A stretch of DNA of 64,000 nt from the human T2T-CHM13v2.0 reference genome, Homo sapiens (GCF_009914755.1 NC_060925.1), one strand, 5' to 3'. Positions 15,410-29,612 are shown, numbered from the stretch's first letter. Notes: generated from the sequence alone by a model not told the origin. Numbers and translations: made by a program.

Positions 15410-15800
15410 CTCTTTCTCTCTTTCTCTCTTTCTCTCTTTCTCTTTCTCTCTTTCTTTCCTTTAAGTTCTGGGATACATGTGCAGAATGTGCACGTTTGTT
15501 GCATAGGTATACACGTGCCATGGTGGTTTGCTGCACCTATCAACCCGTCATCTAGGTTTTAAGCCCCACATGCATTAGCTATTTGTCCTAATGTTCTCCC
15601 TCCCCTTGTCCTCTGCCCCCTGACAGGCCCCTGTCAGGGGATGTTCCCCTCCCTATGTCCATGTGTTCTCATTGTTTACCTCCCACTTTTGAGTGAGAAC
15701 ATGCGGTGTTTGGTTTTCTGTTCTTGTGTTAGTTTGCTGAGAATGATGGCTTCCAGCTTCATCCATGTCCCTGCAAAGGACATGAGCTCATTCTTTTTTA
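15347..15800 (-). mobile_element. L1PA 3' fragment with (TTTC)n/(TC)n tail
   Basis: TTAAGTTCTGGGATACATGTGCAGAATGTG...CCCTGCAAAGGACATGA; microsatellite 15347-15460. Confidence 0.88.
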
Positions 15801-16454
15801 TACCTGTACCTTCCTTTCTTTTTTTAAGAGATGAGGTGTCACTTTGTTACTCAGGCTGCAGTGGAGTGGTGTGATCATAGCTCACTGCAGCCTTGAACTC
15901 CTGGGCTCAAGCAATCCTCCTGCCTCAGCCTCCTGAGTAGCTGAGACTACAGGTGTGCACCTTCACGCCTGGCTTGAAGGCAGCTTTCTCACAGGAATTT
16001 TTATGGCTTGCTATAGGTAAGAAAGGGCAGTTCAGATGGTGCTTTCTGCAGCTGCTGCTTCTCAAGTGCTTTCAGCTAGAAATAAAGTACAAGCTGAGCA
16101 TTTTGGAGCATTATATCCTTAACCTCTTCAGCATCAAGACTGTTTCTTCCCATTTCTTGACTTGTCTTTCTGCAATGTTGGCATCATTTCTAGGCTTACA
16201 CATATACCTCCAGACTCAGGTCATCCTTACTGTTACAGTCCTGGAAAAACAAGACAGCCTCAGCTCAGTAGTTCCCATACAAATTCCAATGTTTAGATTG
16301 TTTGGCATAACTGGAGTCACATGCTTATCCATGAACCAAATAATCATCGTTGACAGGAAATATGGTATTCTCATTGGCCAGGTCAAGTCACATGCTCACC
16401 AGAGGGGTGATGGGGAACTAGCTCCACTCTTGCGCGTATTAGGGAGGAGATGTT

Positions 16455-16925
<471 letters not shown>

Positions 16926-17009
16926 TTACGAGTGTAGTTAGTTGAAGTCACTACAGTAGTAGTAGCAGTAGTAGTAGCACAGTAGTTAGTTTGCACTAGG
17001 CCCCTAATA

Positions 17010-17167
17010 TGAGGGTCCTAGTGCAAAATGAGAATGTGGGGCCCATCAGTCAACAATTATTAAGAATTTAAAAAAAGTGATAACAAAGCATTTAACCAAA
17101 CACAGAGCTATTCTACTCTTGGAGCGTGTGCAGCTTCACAGGTCACATGCCCATGGAGCCAGCCTTG
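17010..17167 (-). mobile_element. MER45A-like DNA transposon
   Basis: CCTAGTGCAAAATGAGAATGTGGGGCCC...ATTATTAAGAATTT...CACATGCCCATGGAGCCAGCCTTG resembles the reverse MER45A consensus. Confidence 0.65.
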
Positions 17168-17841
17168 ATTGTAGCCTTCTGTTTTGACGAGTTTGAGTTG
17201 GAACCAGAACAGGATTGCTGTAAACAGTAGGGGAGAGGCAGAGGCAGAACCTGTGGTCCTTCTCTGCTCTCCTCCAAACAGATTTGGCCTCATCTTTGAA
17301 TGAATGTTGAACATTTGAAAACCAACCACCTTTCTGCAGGAGCACTAGTTATCCGCCTGTTTGTGGAGCCCATATATCTCAATCCAGTTCTCGTCAGGAG
17401 ATCCATGAAATGCTGACCTTTTATTCTTAATTGCCACTGACTTTGCCTCCATATTAGGCTAGATGTTCTTGCTTTGTGTCTCCAAAGGCCTTTACACTTT
17501 CACAACCATAACCCTTCGCATGTATTATTTCCATTAACTAGTTTGGTCGTCTGTCTTTCCTCCTGGACTATAAGCTCAAGGAGGGGTAGAGACAGTGTCT
17601 GTCTTGTTTATCTTTGTGGCCCATTTCTTTAGTATGGTGCCTGGAGTAACGCTTCAAATATACATTAACTGAGTTGACAATTAGAGTAATAGTTAACATA
17701 TCTGGCATTGTCAGATGTTTTAATTTTAGCAATTTTGGTGGGTGAGAAGTGGTATCCTATTGTGGTTTTAATTTGCATTTCCCAGATGACTAATAAGGTT
17801 GAGCACCATCTCATGCATTTATTGACCTTTTGAATACCCTC

Positions 17842-18225
17842 TGTATTCGTGTGCTAGGGTTGTCATAACAAGGTACCACCGACTGGGTGACTCAAACATC
17901 AGAAATTTACTTTCTCACAATTGTGGAGGCTAGAAGTCTAGAAGATTAAGGTGTTGGCAGGTTTGCTTTCTTCTGAGGGCTCTCTCCTTGACATGTAGAG
18001 GACTGTGTTCTCCCTGTGTCTTCACACGGTCTTCCCCCGTTTGTGTGTGTCCTAATCTCCCCTTTATAAGGACAGCAGTCATATTGAATTGGGGCCCACC
18101 CCCTGACCTCATTTTAACTTAATTACTTCTTTAAAGGCACTATCTCCAAATGCAGTCACATTCTGAGGTACTGGAGTTGGGGCTTCAACATATGAACCTG
18201 GGGGGATACCATTCAGCTCATAACA
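17842..18225 (-). mobile_element. MLT1B-type solo LTR inside an old antisense L1M tract (~17690-19920)
   Basis: CATAACAAGGTACCACCGACTGGGTGACTC...GGCTTCAACATATGAA. Confidence 0.8.
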
Positions 18226-19933
18226 TCTTTTTTGTATGAGTGTCTCTTCAAGTCTCTTGTCCATTTTTCTTTTGAGTTATCTGCTGATAGAAGCTCTTGA
18301 TATCTCTTTGACTCGAGCCTTTTCTTCAGGCCCTCTGCTGTTGGTTACATGGGTTACCACTATCTCCATCCATTCTTCTAATGATATCTTCCAATAAATT
18401 GAAGTCCCTAATTTTAATATAGTCCAATTTGTCAATGTTTCCCTTTACGACTAGTGCTTTTCTTTTTTCTATTTAGAAAATCTTTGCTTCCTCCAAAGTA
18501 GTGAGACATTCTCTATGTCTCTTCAAAACTTTTATTTGTTTTACATTTTATATTTAGACATATGATCCACCTGAAATTTCTTTTTATGTATGGTGTAAGG
18601 AAGAGTTCAATATGTATTTTTCGAAACATATATTTAATTGATCCAGCACCATTGATTGAAAAAAAAACATATTTTCCTCTCTGCTCTTGCATTGGATCTA
18701 TAAGTTATTCCGCAGAAAAATTGGTATTTTGATAACATTAAGTCTTTAAGTCTATGGTTTTATTATCATGAATTCTGCTTAGGACTTCTTGATATTTATC
18801 TTTCTTAAATCTGTGGCTTGATAACTTTTGTCATTTTGGAAAACTCTCAGAGATCATCTCTTCAAGTATTTCTTCTGCTATATTCTTTTTCTTCTGTCTG
18901 TGGAATCCAGTTACATGTATGCTAGACCTTTTTATTCTGTTTCATATGTCTCTTAGATCTTTTTGTCTTTCCCTGCTTCAGTCTGCATATTTTGTTCTGG
19001 CCTGTATTCCAATGTACTTATTTTCTTTTCAGCTGCATCAGTTCTTGCTTTGTAATTGTATTTTTTCAGTCCTAGAATTTCCATTTGATTAATTTTTATA
19101 GTTGTCACTTCTCTGCCAAACTTTTCCATTTTGTTATTTAATTTCTTAAACATTAACTTCTTAATTTAATTTGTTTAGTTTTATGAGAACTAAAATGCTC
19201 ATTAAAATACACATTTAAAAATTCCAATATTTATATCTCCCATGGCTCTTTCCAGTTAGGGGTCAATTATATATTATTTTTGTAGGCCGAATTATTTCTT
19301 AACTCACCTCTAAACATTTGTATGTGAAAAATTATAAGAGCAATTTGAGGCTTTGGAAAATGTTCTCTTCCTCCACAGAGGATTAACATTTGCTTCTGGC
19401 AGCAAGTTTGGCCAGAAGTAGGTCATCTTAATGCAATCTGGGATTAAAATAATCCAAAGCTAGGCCTCAGTTCTTGTGAAGTCTGTTCTCATTCACATTT
19501 ATTCCTGAGATGATGCCCTTCAGGATCCCCGCTGAATGCCTGAAGTGTCTACCAGGGAACCTTTTCTAGCCTTTTCTAGCTTTGTCTTTTTTTTCCTCCA
19601 CTTTTTTTTGTCCCTACAGCTCACAGGACACCTCGTGGAGCTCCTCAGCCACCAGCCACTTTGTCGGGTTCCTCTAAGGGGAAAGAGAGTCCAAATACCA
19701 GGCTCACATATCTAGGTTTTCTTTTTCTTCCAAGACTTGGTCCTGCAAATTCTGTCTTCCCTGGTCTCTTGTCAATTAGGTTTAGATGGGAAAATATATA
19801 ACTAGAATTGGTTTCTTAGAAGCTGACTTTCTGAGATGGTTCTATTGTCAGGTCTGTTGAGTTGTGCTCAGGTGTCTGTCTCTTGTTTGCCTCCTGGTAC
19901 TGCCTGAACAAAGAGCATCATCACCAATCCTTG

Positions 19934-20389
19934 TGTGATGGTTACTACTGAGTGTCAACTTGATTGGATTAAAGGATACAAAGTATTAATCCTGGGTGTG
20001 TCTGTGAGGGTGTTGCCAAAAATATTAACATTTGAGTCAATGGTCTGGGGAAGGCAGATCCACCCTTAATTTGCCTTAGCTTCCAGCGAATATAAAGCAG
20101 GCAGAAAAAATGTGAAAAAGAGACAATGGGCCTAGCCTCCCAGCCTACATCTTTCTCCCCTGCTGGACGCTACCTGCCCTCAAACGTCAAACTCCAAGTT
20201 CTTCAGTTTTGGGACTCAGACTGGCTCTCTTTGCTCCTCAGCTTGCAGACAGCCTATTGTGGGATATTGTGATAGTGTAAGTTAATACTTAATAAACTCA
20301 TATATATATATATGTATGTGTACATCACACACACACACATAAACATATCCTATTAGTTCTGTCCCTCTAAAAGAACCCTGACTAATACA
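19934..20389 (+). mobile_element. MLT2A-type 5' LTR of HERV-L
   Basis: TGTGATGGTT...GAGTGTCAACTTGATTGGATT start, ...GAACCCTGACTAATACA end, internal (TA)/(CA) tract, followed directly by the PBS-like TGGTACCAGG. Confidence 0.9.
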
Positions 20390-23300
20390 GATTTTGGTAC
20401 CAGGAATGGTTCTAGAGGAACAGAATATTAAGGATGGAGTTCTTTAGTTGGTTTTGGGGTTTCTGGAGTTGGCTGCTTAATATGATTAGACCCCACAATG
20501 CTAGGGACTGTACTTCCAATAGTATAGATAACACTGATAGTCCTTGGCATGAGCTCTTTAGAGAGTTATGCAAAATAAATGCATTTGATGCTCCTAATTC
20601 ACCACTCATGAGAGGCAAGGAGTTTAGTGACTCTATACATAGTAACTTTGACCATATGTGGAGAACCAAGGAACATAATGAAGCTGGTTGGTTGCTCCTA
20701 AACTCAGTGGACAAAGTGATTACAGAAAATGATGAAATCAGGGATTCTCTGTCCTGGCTTCAGAAGCAGATACTGAGCCTCAAATCTGCTAAGATTTCCC
20801 TGAGTGAGAGTCTTGTTTCCTGTAGAGAAAGAGCTGAAATTGTGGACAAACAGACACGCGCTCTTATTATGTGAGTGGCTGACCTGCAGTGAAAGATGCG
20901 TGCACAGCCTCGCCAGGTGTCTACTGTTAAAGAGAGGGCATTGATTGGAAAAGAATGGGACCCTGCAACTTGGAATGGGGACGTGTGGGAGGACCCTGAT
21001 GAAGCTGAGGACACTGAGTTTGTAAACTCTGATGAACTTTTTTGCCAGAAGGAACAGCTTCCTAATCCCCAGTAGTGGCAACATCCCCTCCTGGACCCAC
21101 GCTGCCATCAGCCTTTCCACCTTTGTCTGAGGAGATAAACCCTGTGCTGCCTGAGGCAACAGTGATGGCCTCCCCTGAGGCAGTTGCCAGGCAAGGTAAT
21201 GCTGATTTTCCTCAGAAGTCACACTCATCACCTCTGTTTGCTTCTAGACTTACAACTAGATGAAAGTCCTGGCGGGCCCCTAGAGGTGAGGTTGAGAGTG
21301 TGACCCATAAGGAGGTGTACTACACTTGAAAAAAACTGTGAGTTTTCTAATTAATATAAACAGCCATCTGGAGAACAGGCATGGGAATGGATATTAAGGG
21401 TATGAGATAATGTTGGAAGGAACATAGAGTAGGATCAGGCTGAATTTATTGATTTGGGCCCACTAAGTAGGGACTCTGCATCTAATGTTGCAGCTCAGGG
21501 AGTTAAAAAAGGTTCTAATAGTTTATTTGCTTGGTTAGCTGAAATATGGATTAAAATATGGCCCACTGTGAGCGAGCTGGAAATGCCTGATCTCTCTTGG
21601 TTTAATGGAGAAGAAGGGATCCAAAGGCTTAGGGAGATTGGGACAGTGGAGTAGATTAGTCACTTTAGACCTCTCATCCCAGCTGGGAGGATCCAGAAGA
21701 TATACCCTTAACTAATGCCTTGTGAAATAGATTTGCGAGGGCGGCACCTGCATCTTTGAAGAGTCCTGTAATCGCTCTTCTCTGTATGTCAGATCTAATA
21801 GTGGGAACTACAAAATTTAAATACAATGGGAATGATCAGATCACAAGGTGGCAGGGGCCAAGTAGCAGCACTCGACTGTCAAAGGCAAGGTGGATGTAGC
21901 TCCTGTAATGGACAGCAGAGGCAAAGCAGAAATCAGAATAGTCTGACTCATGTAGAACTCTGGCATTGGCTAATTAATCATGGTGTTCCTAGAAGCGAAA
22001 TTGACAGGAAGCCTACTGCATTCCTATTTAAAGTACACAAACAGAAAACTTTTAGGTCGAATGGACAAAAGACTAATTTGAATTATAAAAACAGAGAGTC
22101 ACAGCCCCTCAATCAATTTCCAGACTTGAGCCAGTTTACAGACTTAGAACCCCTTGAATGAAGGGGAGCCGCATCCCCTTGGAGAAGGACCCCACTACAT
22201 TACCGACAATTTATTCAGTGAATTTTTCTCCCATCCTTCCCCAAGGAGACAGCTGACTTTTTACCAGGGTAACTGTGCACTGGGGAAAGGGAAATGATCA
22301 GACATTTCAGAGACTACTTGTCACTGGCTCTGAGCTGATGTTGATTCCAGGGGATCCAAAATGTCACTGTGGTCCTCCAGTTAAAGTAGGGGCTTATGGA
22401 GGTCAGGTAATTAATGGGCTTTGGCCGAAACTGAACGTTTGACTATGGGTCATCAGGTCACCATGTGACCTGAACTGCCTATCATGAACTGGGTGCTTTC
22501 TGACCCATCTAGCCATAAAGTGGGTCACACACAGCAGCATTCCATCATGAAATGGAAGTGGTATACACGTGATAAGGCTCAAGCAGTTCCTGAAGGCACA
22601 AGTAAGTTACATGAGGAAGTGGCTCAAATGTCCATGATCTCCACTCCTGCCACCCTGCCTTTTCTCCCCCAGCCTGCACTGATGGCCTCATGGGGAGTTC
22701 TCTATGATCAGTTGACAGACGAAGAGAAGACTAGGACCTGGTTCACAGATGGTTCTGCACAATATGCAGGCACCACCCGAAAGTGGACCTGCAGCACTAT
22801 AGCCCCTTTCTAGGACATCCGTGAAGAACGACAGTGAAGGAAAATCTTCCCAGTGGGCAGAACTTCGAGCAGTGCACCTGCTTGTGCACTTCACATGGAA
22901 GGAGAAATGGCTAGATGTGAAATTATATACTGATTCATGGGCTATAGCCAATGGTTTGGCTGGATGGTCAGGAACTTGAAAGAAGCATGATTGGAAAATT
23001 GGTGACAAAGAAATTTGGGGAAGAGGTATGTGGATGGACCTCTCTGAGGGGTCAGAAACTGTGAAGATATTTGTATTCTGTGTGAATGCTCACCAATGGG
23101 TGACCTCAGTGGAGGAGGAGTTTAATAATCAAGTGGATAGGATGACCCATTCTGTGGACACCACTCAGCCTCTTTCCCCAGCAACCCCTTTCATCGCCCA
23201 GTGGGCCCATGAACAAAGTGGCCATGGTGGCAGGGATGGAGGTTTCGCATGGGCTCAGCAACATGGACTTCCACTCACCAAAGCTAACCTGGCTATGGCC

Positions 23301-24289
23301 ACTGCTGAGTGCCCAATTTGCCAGCAGCAGAGGCCAACACTGAGCCCTTGATATGGCACCATTTCTTGGGGTGATCAGCCAGCTACCTGGTGGCAGGTTG
23401 ATTATATTGGACCTCTTCCGTCATGCAAAGGGCAGAGGTTTGTCCTCACTGGTAGACACTTACTCTGGGTATGGGTTTGCCTATCCTGCATGCAATACTT
23501 CTGTCAAGACTACCATCCATGGACTCATGGAATGCCTCATCCACCATCATGGTATTCCACACAGCATTGCCTCTGACCAAGGGACTCACTTTAGGGGTAA
23601 AGAAGTGTGGCAGTGGGCTCATGCTTATGAAATTCACTGGTCTTACCATGTTCCCCATCATCCTGAAGAAGCTGGATTGATATAATGGTGGAATGGCCTA
23701 TTGAAGTCACAATTACAGTGCCAACTAGATGACAATACTTTGCAGGGCTGGGACAAAGTTCTCCAGAAGGCCGGGTATGCTCTGAATCAGTGTCCAATAT
23801 GTTACTGTTTCTCCCAAAGCCAGGATTCACAGGTCCAGGAATCAAGGGGTGGAAGTGGCACCCCTCACCATCACCCCTAGTGATCCACTAGCAAATTTTT
23901 TGCTTCCTGTTCCTGCAACATTATGTTCTTCTGGCCTAGAGGTCTTAGTTCCAGAGGGAGGTACGCTGCCACCAGGAGACACAACAATGATTTCATTAAA
24001 GTGGAAGTTAAGATTGCCACCTGGACACTTTGGGCTCCTCCTACCTTTAAGTCAACAGGCTAAGAAGGGAGTTACAGTGTTGGCTGGGGTGACTGACCCA
24101 GACTATCAAGGTGAAATCAGTCTATTATTCCATTACAGAGGTGAGAAAGAGTATGCATGGAATACAAGAGATCCATTAGGGTGTCTCTTGGTATTACTAT
24201 GCCCTATGATTAAGGTCAATGGGAAATTATAACAGCTCAATCCAGGCAGGACTACAAATGACCCATGAAGGTTGGGTAACTCCACCAGG

Positions 24290-24300
<11 letters not shown>
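20390..24300 (+). mobile_element. HERV-L internal region, defective: gag, truncated protease, RT deleted, RNase H, integrase, dUTPase; no 3' LTR
   Basis: Gag-like FFSWFWGFWSWLLNMIRP..; RNase H WFTDGSA; integrase zinc finger HEQSGHGG..CPIC and SDQGTHF; dUTPase WKLRLPPGHFG..AGVTDPDYQGEI located after integrase, as is typical of ERV-L; many stops and frameshifts. Confidence 0.93.
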
Positions 24301-24333
<33 letters not shown>

Positions 24334-24337
<4 letters not shown>

Positions 24338-25148
24338 TAAGGTCTGTTTGTACAGAATTCTTTTGATCTCAACTTTCTGACTTTGATGATAACAATGTTA
24401 CTTTCCTTCTGGTACAGGGAGGACATCTTCCATATGAGAGTTTTATTTCCTGTTTTCTGTGACATTTCACAATCGCTTGGTCAAGTCTTATTGTGAAGTT
24501 GTGGAGTGTGCCACCTTACTCTCCCTGCATATTTTTTTTTTTTTTTTTTTTTTTTAGATAGAGTATCACTCTGTTGTCCAGACTGGAGTGCAGTGATACG
24601 ATCTCGTCTCACTGCAACCTCCACCTCCCATGTTCAAGTGATTTGCCTGCCTCAGCCTCCCCAGCAACTGGGATTACAGGCACAGACCACCACGCCCAGC
24701 TAATTTTTGTATTTTTAGTAGAGACAGGGTTTTACCATGTTGGCCAGCCTCATCTCGAACTCCTGGCCTCAAGCAATCCACCCTCCTTGGCCTCCCAAAG
24801 TGTTGGGATTACAGGTGTCAGCCACCATGCCTGGCCCCCTCTGCATCTTTCTGCCCCATCCACAGAGTACCCATTCTCTTCTTCCTCCAAGTCATTCTCC
24901 TCTCTGTTTCAAGAGTGACTTAAAAAGAGGATTAGTTCAATGTTTTCAGTCCCTCAATAGTTCTCTTTATAGTCCAGGACAAAGGACAACTATCTTCCCT
25001 AGAGGTAACATGCCTCTCTGCCTTTGTCCTCTGCCAGGAAAACCCTTCTTGCACCTGCTGTTTTTTTTTTTTTTAAGGTACCTTGAGCTTAAAGTAATCT
25101 TTATGCCAAAGTGGCATATTTTGAGGTGACCTATTCTACTGCCATTCA
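24334..25148 (-). mobile_element. MER34-like LTR pieces with an inserted Alu (~24532-24836, -)
   Basis: TAATCTTTATGCCAAAGTGGCATATTTTGAGGTG near 25095-25130; 24335-24455 resembles 47310-47430. Confidence 0.55.
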
Positions 25149-26546
25149 CACCTCGTGAATTTTTGTGTCTCACAGGAATTATGCAAACCTCCCCAAGCTC
25201 AACCTGCACTTTGACTTCTTGCTTCTAACCATACTATTCCATCACCATAAATGGTCCTTCCACAATCTTTTGTGCCTGCAAAGTTCCTATTCATCCTCCT
25301 GGACCCACCTCAAGTGTCACATCCAGTGCCACTCTGTTTTTGATTCCCTAGGAATGAGTCAGATCCTCTTCGGATTATTGCCATAGCAGTGTGTACATTT
25401 TGTAACTTATTCTTGCACATATCATGCTTTTAGAAAAATCTTTATATCTGTTTTCCTCCCAAAATTGAGAACAGACTGAGGACATTAAATTCTACCCATC
25501 TTGATATTCTCAGCAATTAGCACTGCACACTAAATGATTGGTTAAACAAATGTTCAAATATGAGCTTGAGGAAGATTAAATTGGCAAGAATGATTAGGAG
25601 AATAATACAAAGGCAATGAAATCAAATACTAGTAATGACAATAGGAATACATAGAATATCAAGGTGGCAAAGTTAAAAGGATTTAACAATCAAGTAAAAG
25701 GAAGGAGAGAGGAATACACAGAATTGACTCCAAATCAAAATTCTTTAGTTGTACACCCTTTTGAAAATCTAAAGGAAGTTAAAAACATTCATTCCTGAAA
25801 AAAAAAATGCACGTATGCCTTTTTGCATATTAAATGAGGAGATTCCTTTCTTAAATGTCCTCAACTCAAGTTTACAGACCACTTTAAACTGTGAGACTAG
25901 ATGGTTTGCAAGGTAGTGATACCATTAACTGACCTATGAACATCTTGAAAAATAGCTGGGTTAGAGGAGTAGAGGAAAGTTGGGTTTTAATCATATATTA
26001 AGTTGGTACAAAATAACTGTAGCTTTTGCATTAAAAGTGATGGAAAAACTGCAATTTCTTTTGCACCAACCTAAATAGAAGCCCCTATAGTGTTCACAGA
26101 TTTGACTACTTTGGAGATACCTGAGGTGCACGATGTGTAGTAATTTGTAGTGATGCCAAGGCACATTCAAATCCTGAGGCACTGCTACAAAACAGCAACT
26201 CACTTAGTAGCCCAGCTGGGAGCCTAGCAAATAAACCTCAACTGATTTATATATTGGTCCTACCAAAGTGAAAAAGATCAGTTTCTGAAGTGGATATATG
26301 CAAAGGAAACTCAAAACTCTAAAGGATAAGTTTAAATTATCGACGGAAGCAAGCATTTTCCATGAGAGAATTTGTAGATATATTAATTCATGTTGACTCT
26401 CAAGGTTTACTGCGTTTGAGTTTGGAGACAGAGGTGTTCGTTAAGTTGAAACAGCACTGGAAAAGAAACTGAAATTAGGATTGTGATTTGAGAGTCTTTC
26501 CTGCTAAGGAGTGCATTTCAACAGATCTAAGTGTGAGATTACTAAA

Positions 26547-27144
26547 TGTGATAAGCAGAATTCTAAGATAGCTTATGATTCTCCTTCCCTTGTATTCACA
26601 CCCGTATGTAGTGCCCTCCTCTTTGAGTGTGGGTAGAAACTGTGACCCGTTTCTAACCAACGGAATATGGTATAGGTGATAGGGATATCACACCTGTAAT
26701 TGTGCTACTTCATGTGGCAAAAGTGAAGGTATTTTGCAGCTGTAATTAAGGTCCCTAATCAGTTACCTTTGTGTTAATCAAAAGGGAGCTTATCTAGGAT
26801 AGACCTCATCTAATCAGATGAGCCCTTTAAAAGAGGGACTGAAGCCCTCCCTGAGTTCAAAGAAATCTTCCTGCTTGCCTTGAAGAAGCAAGCCACCAAG
26901 AGTTCATCAGATGCAAGGAAATGAATTCAGCCAACAACCCTGTTGAACTTGGGAGAGAACAAAAACCTCAGATGCTGTCATAGCCCCGGTCCACACGGTG
27001 ACTGCAGACTTGTGAGACTCCAAACAGAGAACATAGTTAAGTTGTGCCTAGACTCCTGAGCTGCCAAAACCATAAGATGATAATGTATTGTTCCAAGCCC
27101 TACATTTACGGCAATTCATGACGTAGCAGTAGAATACTGATACA
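26547..27144 (+). mobile_element. MLT1E/F-like solo LTR
   Basis: TGTGATAAGCAGAATTCTAAGAT...AGAATACTGATACA; near-TSD CTAAA/CCAAA. Confidence 0.75.
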
Positions 27145-27858
27145 CCAAAGGAAAGAGAATATGGAGAGAAGCAAAGATGGTAAAAAAAAAAAAAAAAAAA
27201 AAAAAAATTCTGACAAATGACAAATGTACCTGCCTTTGAATGAGTGGGGAAAAAAATAAGGACAGTAAGGGGAATTAAAAGGGAGGATGATCAGGCAGAG
27301 ACATCCAGAAAATAATATGGCAGACTAGACTGATACAGGAAGCTCTCTCTAACTCCGAACAGATAGAAATCCTATTATTTTTTCTTTTTTTCCCCAATGA
27401 TCTAAACATGTTTTTTAATTGTTTAAAATATATAGCCACGCAAAAAGCAAGAAAGAACAACCCCATATGCCAGAAATGAAAAGAGGCCCAAAGTAAGGGC
27501 ATCAAGTGAGAGAGAAAACAGAACAGCTCACAGGAGTAAAAGAAACAATTATAGGCCTTTAGGACTGGAGTTTTAATACTGCTTAGGAGAGTTAAGTGAT
27601 CAGTCTTGGACCTGTGCTTGATGGAAATCTTGCATAACCCTGGGAACCACACAGGGCTGTCCCATTAGTGAGAATGGGAAAAAGAAAACTCCACCAAAAC
27701 AACACAATAATACAATAAAAAGAAATAAGAAGAATTAGAAGTGAAGAGACAAAGGTTTCACTATTTTTAGGTGATATAATCATTTGCATTTAAAAGATAC
27801 AAGATAAACTATTATAACCAATAAAATAAACTGTTGTAACAGATTGTTATAAAGTTTA

Positions 27859-28197
<339 letters not shown>

Positions 28198-29612
28198 GTG
28201 TCCCTTGGTTCCAGCAACACCCAATTAGAAAATGTAACCAAAAGAGTTCTTTTATCATAATGACAAACAACAAAGTTAGAATTAACATAATAAGTAATGC
28301 CAGAATTTTGTGTGTAAAAAATTTTAAGTAAACATTATTTACAAAATAGGTATAGCAAACATATAGCTCAAAATTCAAAGATACAAAAAGAAATATAACT
28401 TTAAAATCTCCTCCCATCTTTCCCAGCCATCCAATTTCCTTTTCTGGGGCAGTCACTCTTTTTTTCTTTTGCATTTTTTTAGAGATATCCTAGGCATACA
28501 TAGGCAAATATCTTTTTCTTATTGTTTTACAAAATGACAGCATAGTAGAACATTCATCTGCACTTCACTTTTTTCACATATGAATATATCTTGGGGATAA
28601 TTCACATCAGTACAAATAAAGCTGTTTCATTGTTTTAAAGTGAAGCATCATATTCCTTGTATATAACCAACACCATATAAATGGAAATTGGTACCAACAA
28701 TGTTATTGCAAAAATCCCTGGACATACATCATTTTCCACATTTCCAAGTGCAAGAATATTTTAAGTTCAAATTGCTAGATGAGGAATTGTTAAGTCAAAG
28801 GTTATGTGCAGTTAAAATTTTGATAGCTAAAACAATAGCCCTCCATAGAGGTTACGCTAATGTACATGGCCACCAGCAATGTAGGTTAATGTACTGTTTT
28901 CTCTCAATTTTTCTCTCCATCTCAGTGTTTTTTTTCAAGTTTTTATCTTTATCAATATGATATGTAAAAAAATGGTCTCATGCAAATAAAACAGGGAAAG
29001 ATATTGCTTCACATTCAGTAGGATGGCTATAATCAGAAAGATATAACAACAGGTTTTGGTGAGGCTGTGGAAAACTCAGAACCTTCATATACTACTGATA
29101 GTAGGAATTTAGAATGATGCAGCCATTTTGGAAAACAGTCTGGCAGTTTCTTGAAAACTTAAACATACTATTTAACCCAGCAATTTTACTCCTAGGAATA
29201 TACTCAAGAGAAATGAAAACATATGTCCATGAAAAATTTGTATATGAATATTCATAGCAGCATCATTCCACTAAAACAGTAGAATAATCAAAATGTCTAT
29301 CAGCTGATGAATGGATAAACAAAAAGCAATGTATAAATACAACGGAATGTTGTTCGTCTCTAAAAAGGAATGAAGTACTGATACACGCCACAATACAGAT
29401 AAACCTTGAAAACGTTATGCTAAGTAAAATAAGCCAGTTGCAAAAGACTACATATTACATAATTTCATTTGCATTAACTATCTAGAATAGTCAAATCTAT
29501 GGATACAGAAAGTAGATTACTGTTTTGCAAGAATGTGGGGTGCAGGGAGAGAGGGGCTAAGGATGATAACTAAAGGCTACTGTATTTATTTTGGGGGTGA
29601 TGAAACGTTCTA

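Noticed and set aside
15295-15555. KERK/FLSF repeat ORFs
   Set aside because: Translations of the (TTTC)n microsatellite plus L1 3'UTR.
20434-23685. HERV-L gag/pol ORFs as a domesticated gene
   Set aside because: Broken into pieces of 146 codons or fewer by stops and frameshifts; RT missing; protease Asp lost.
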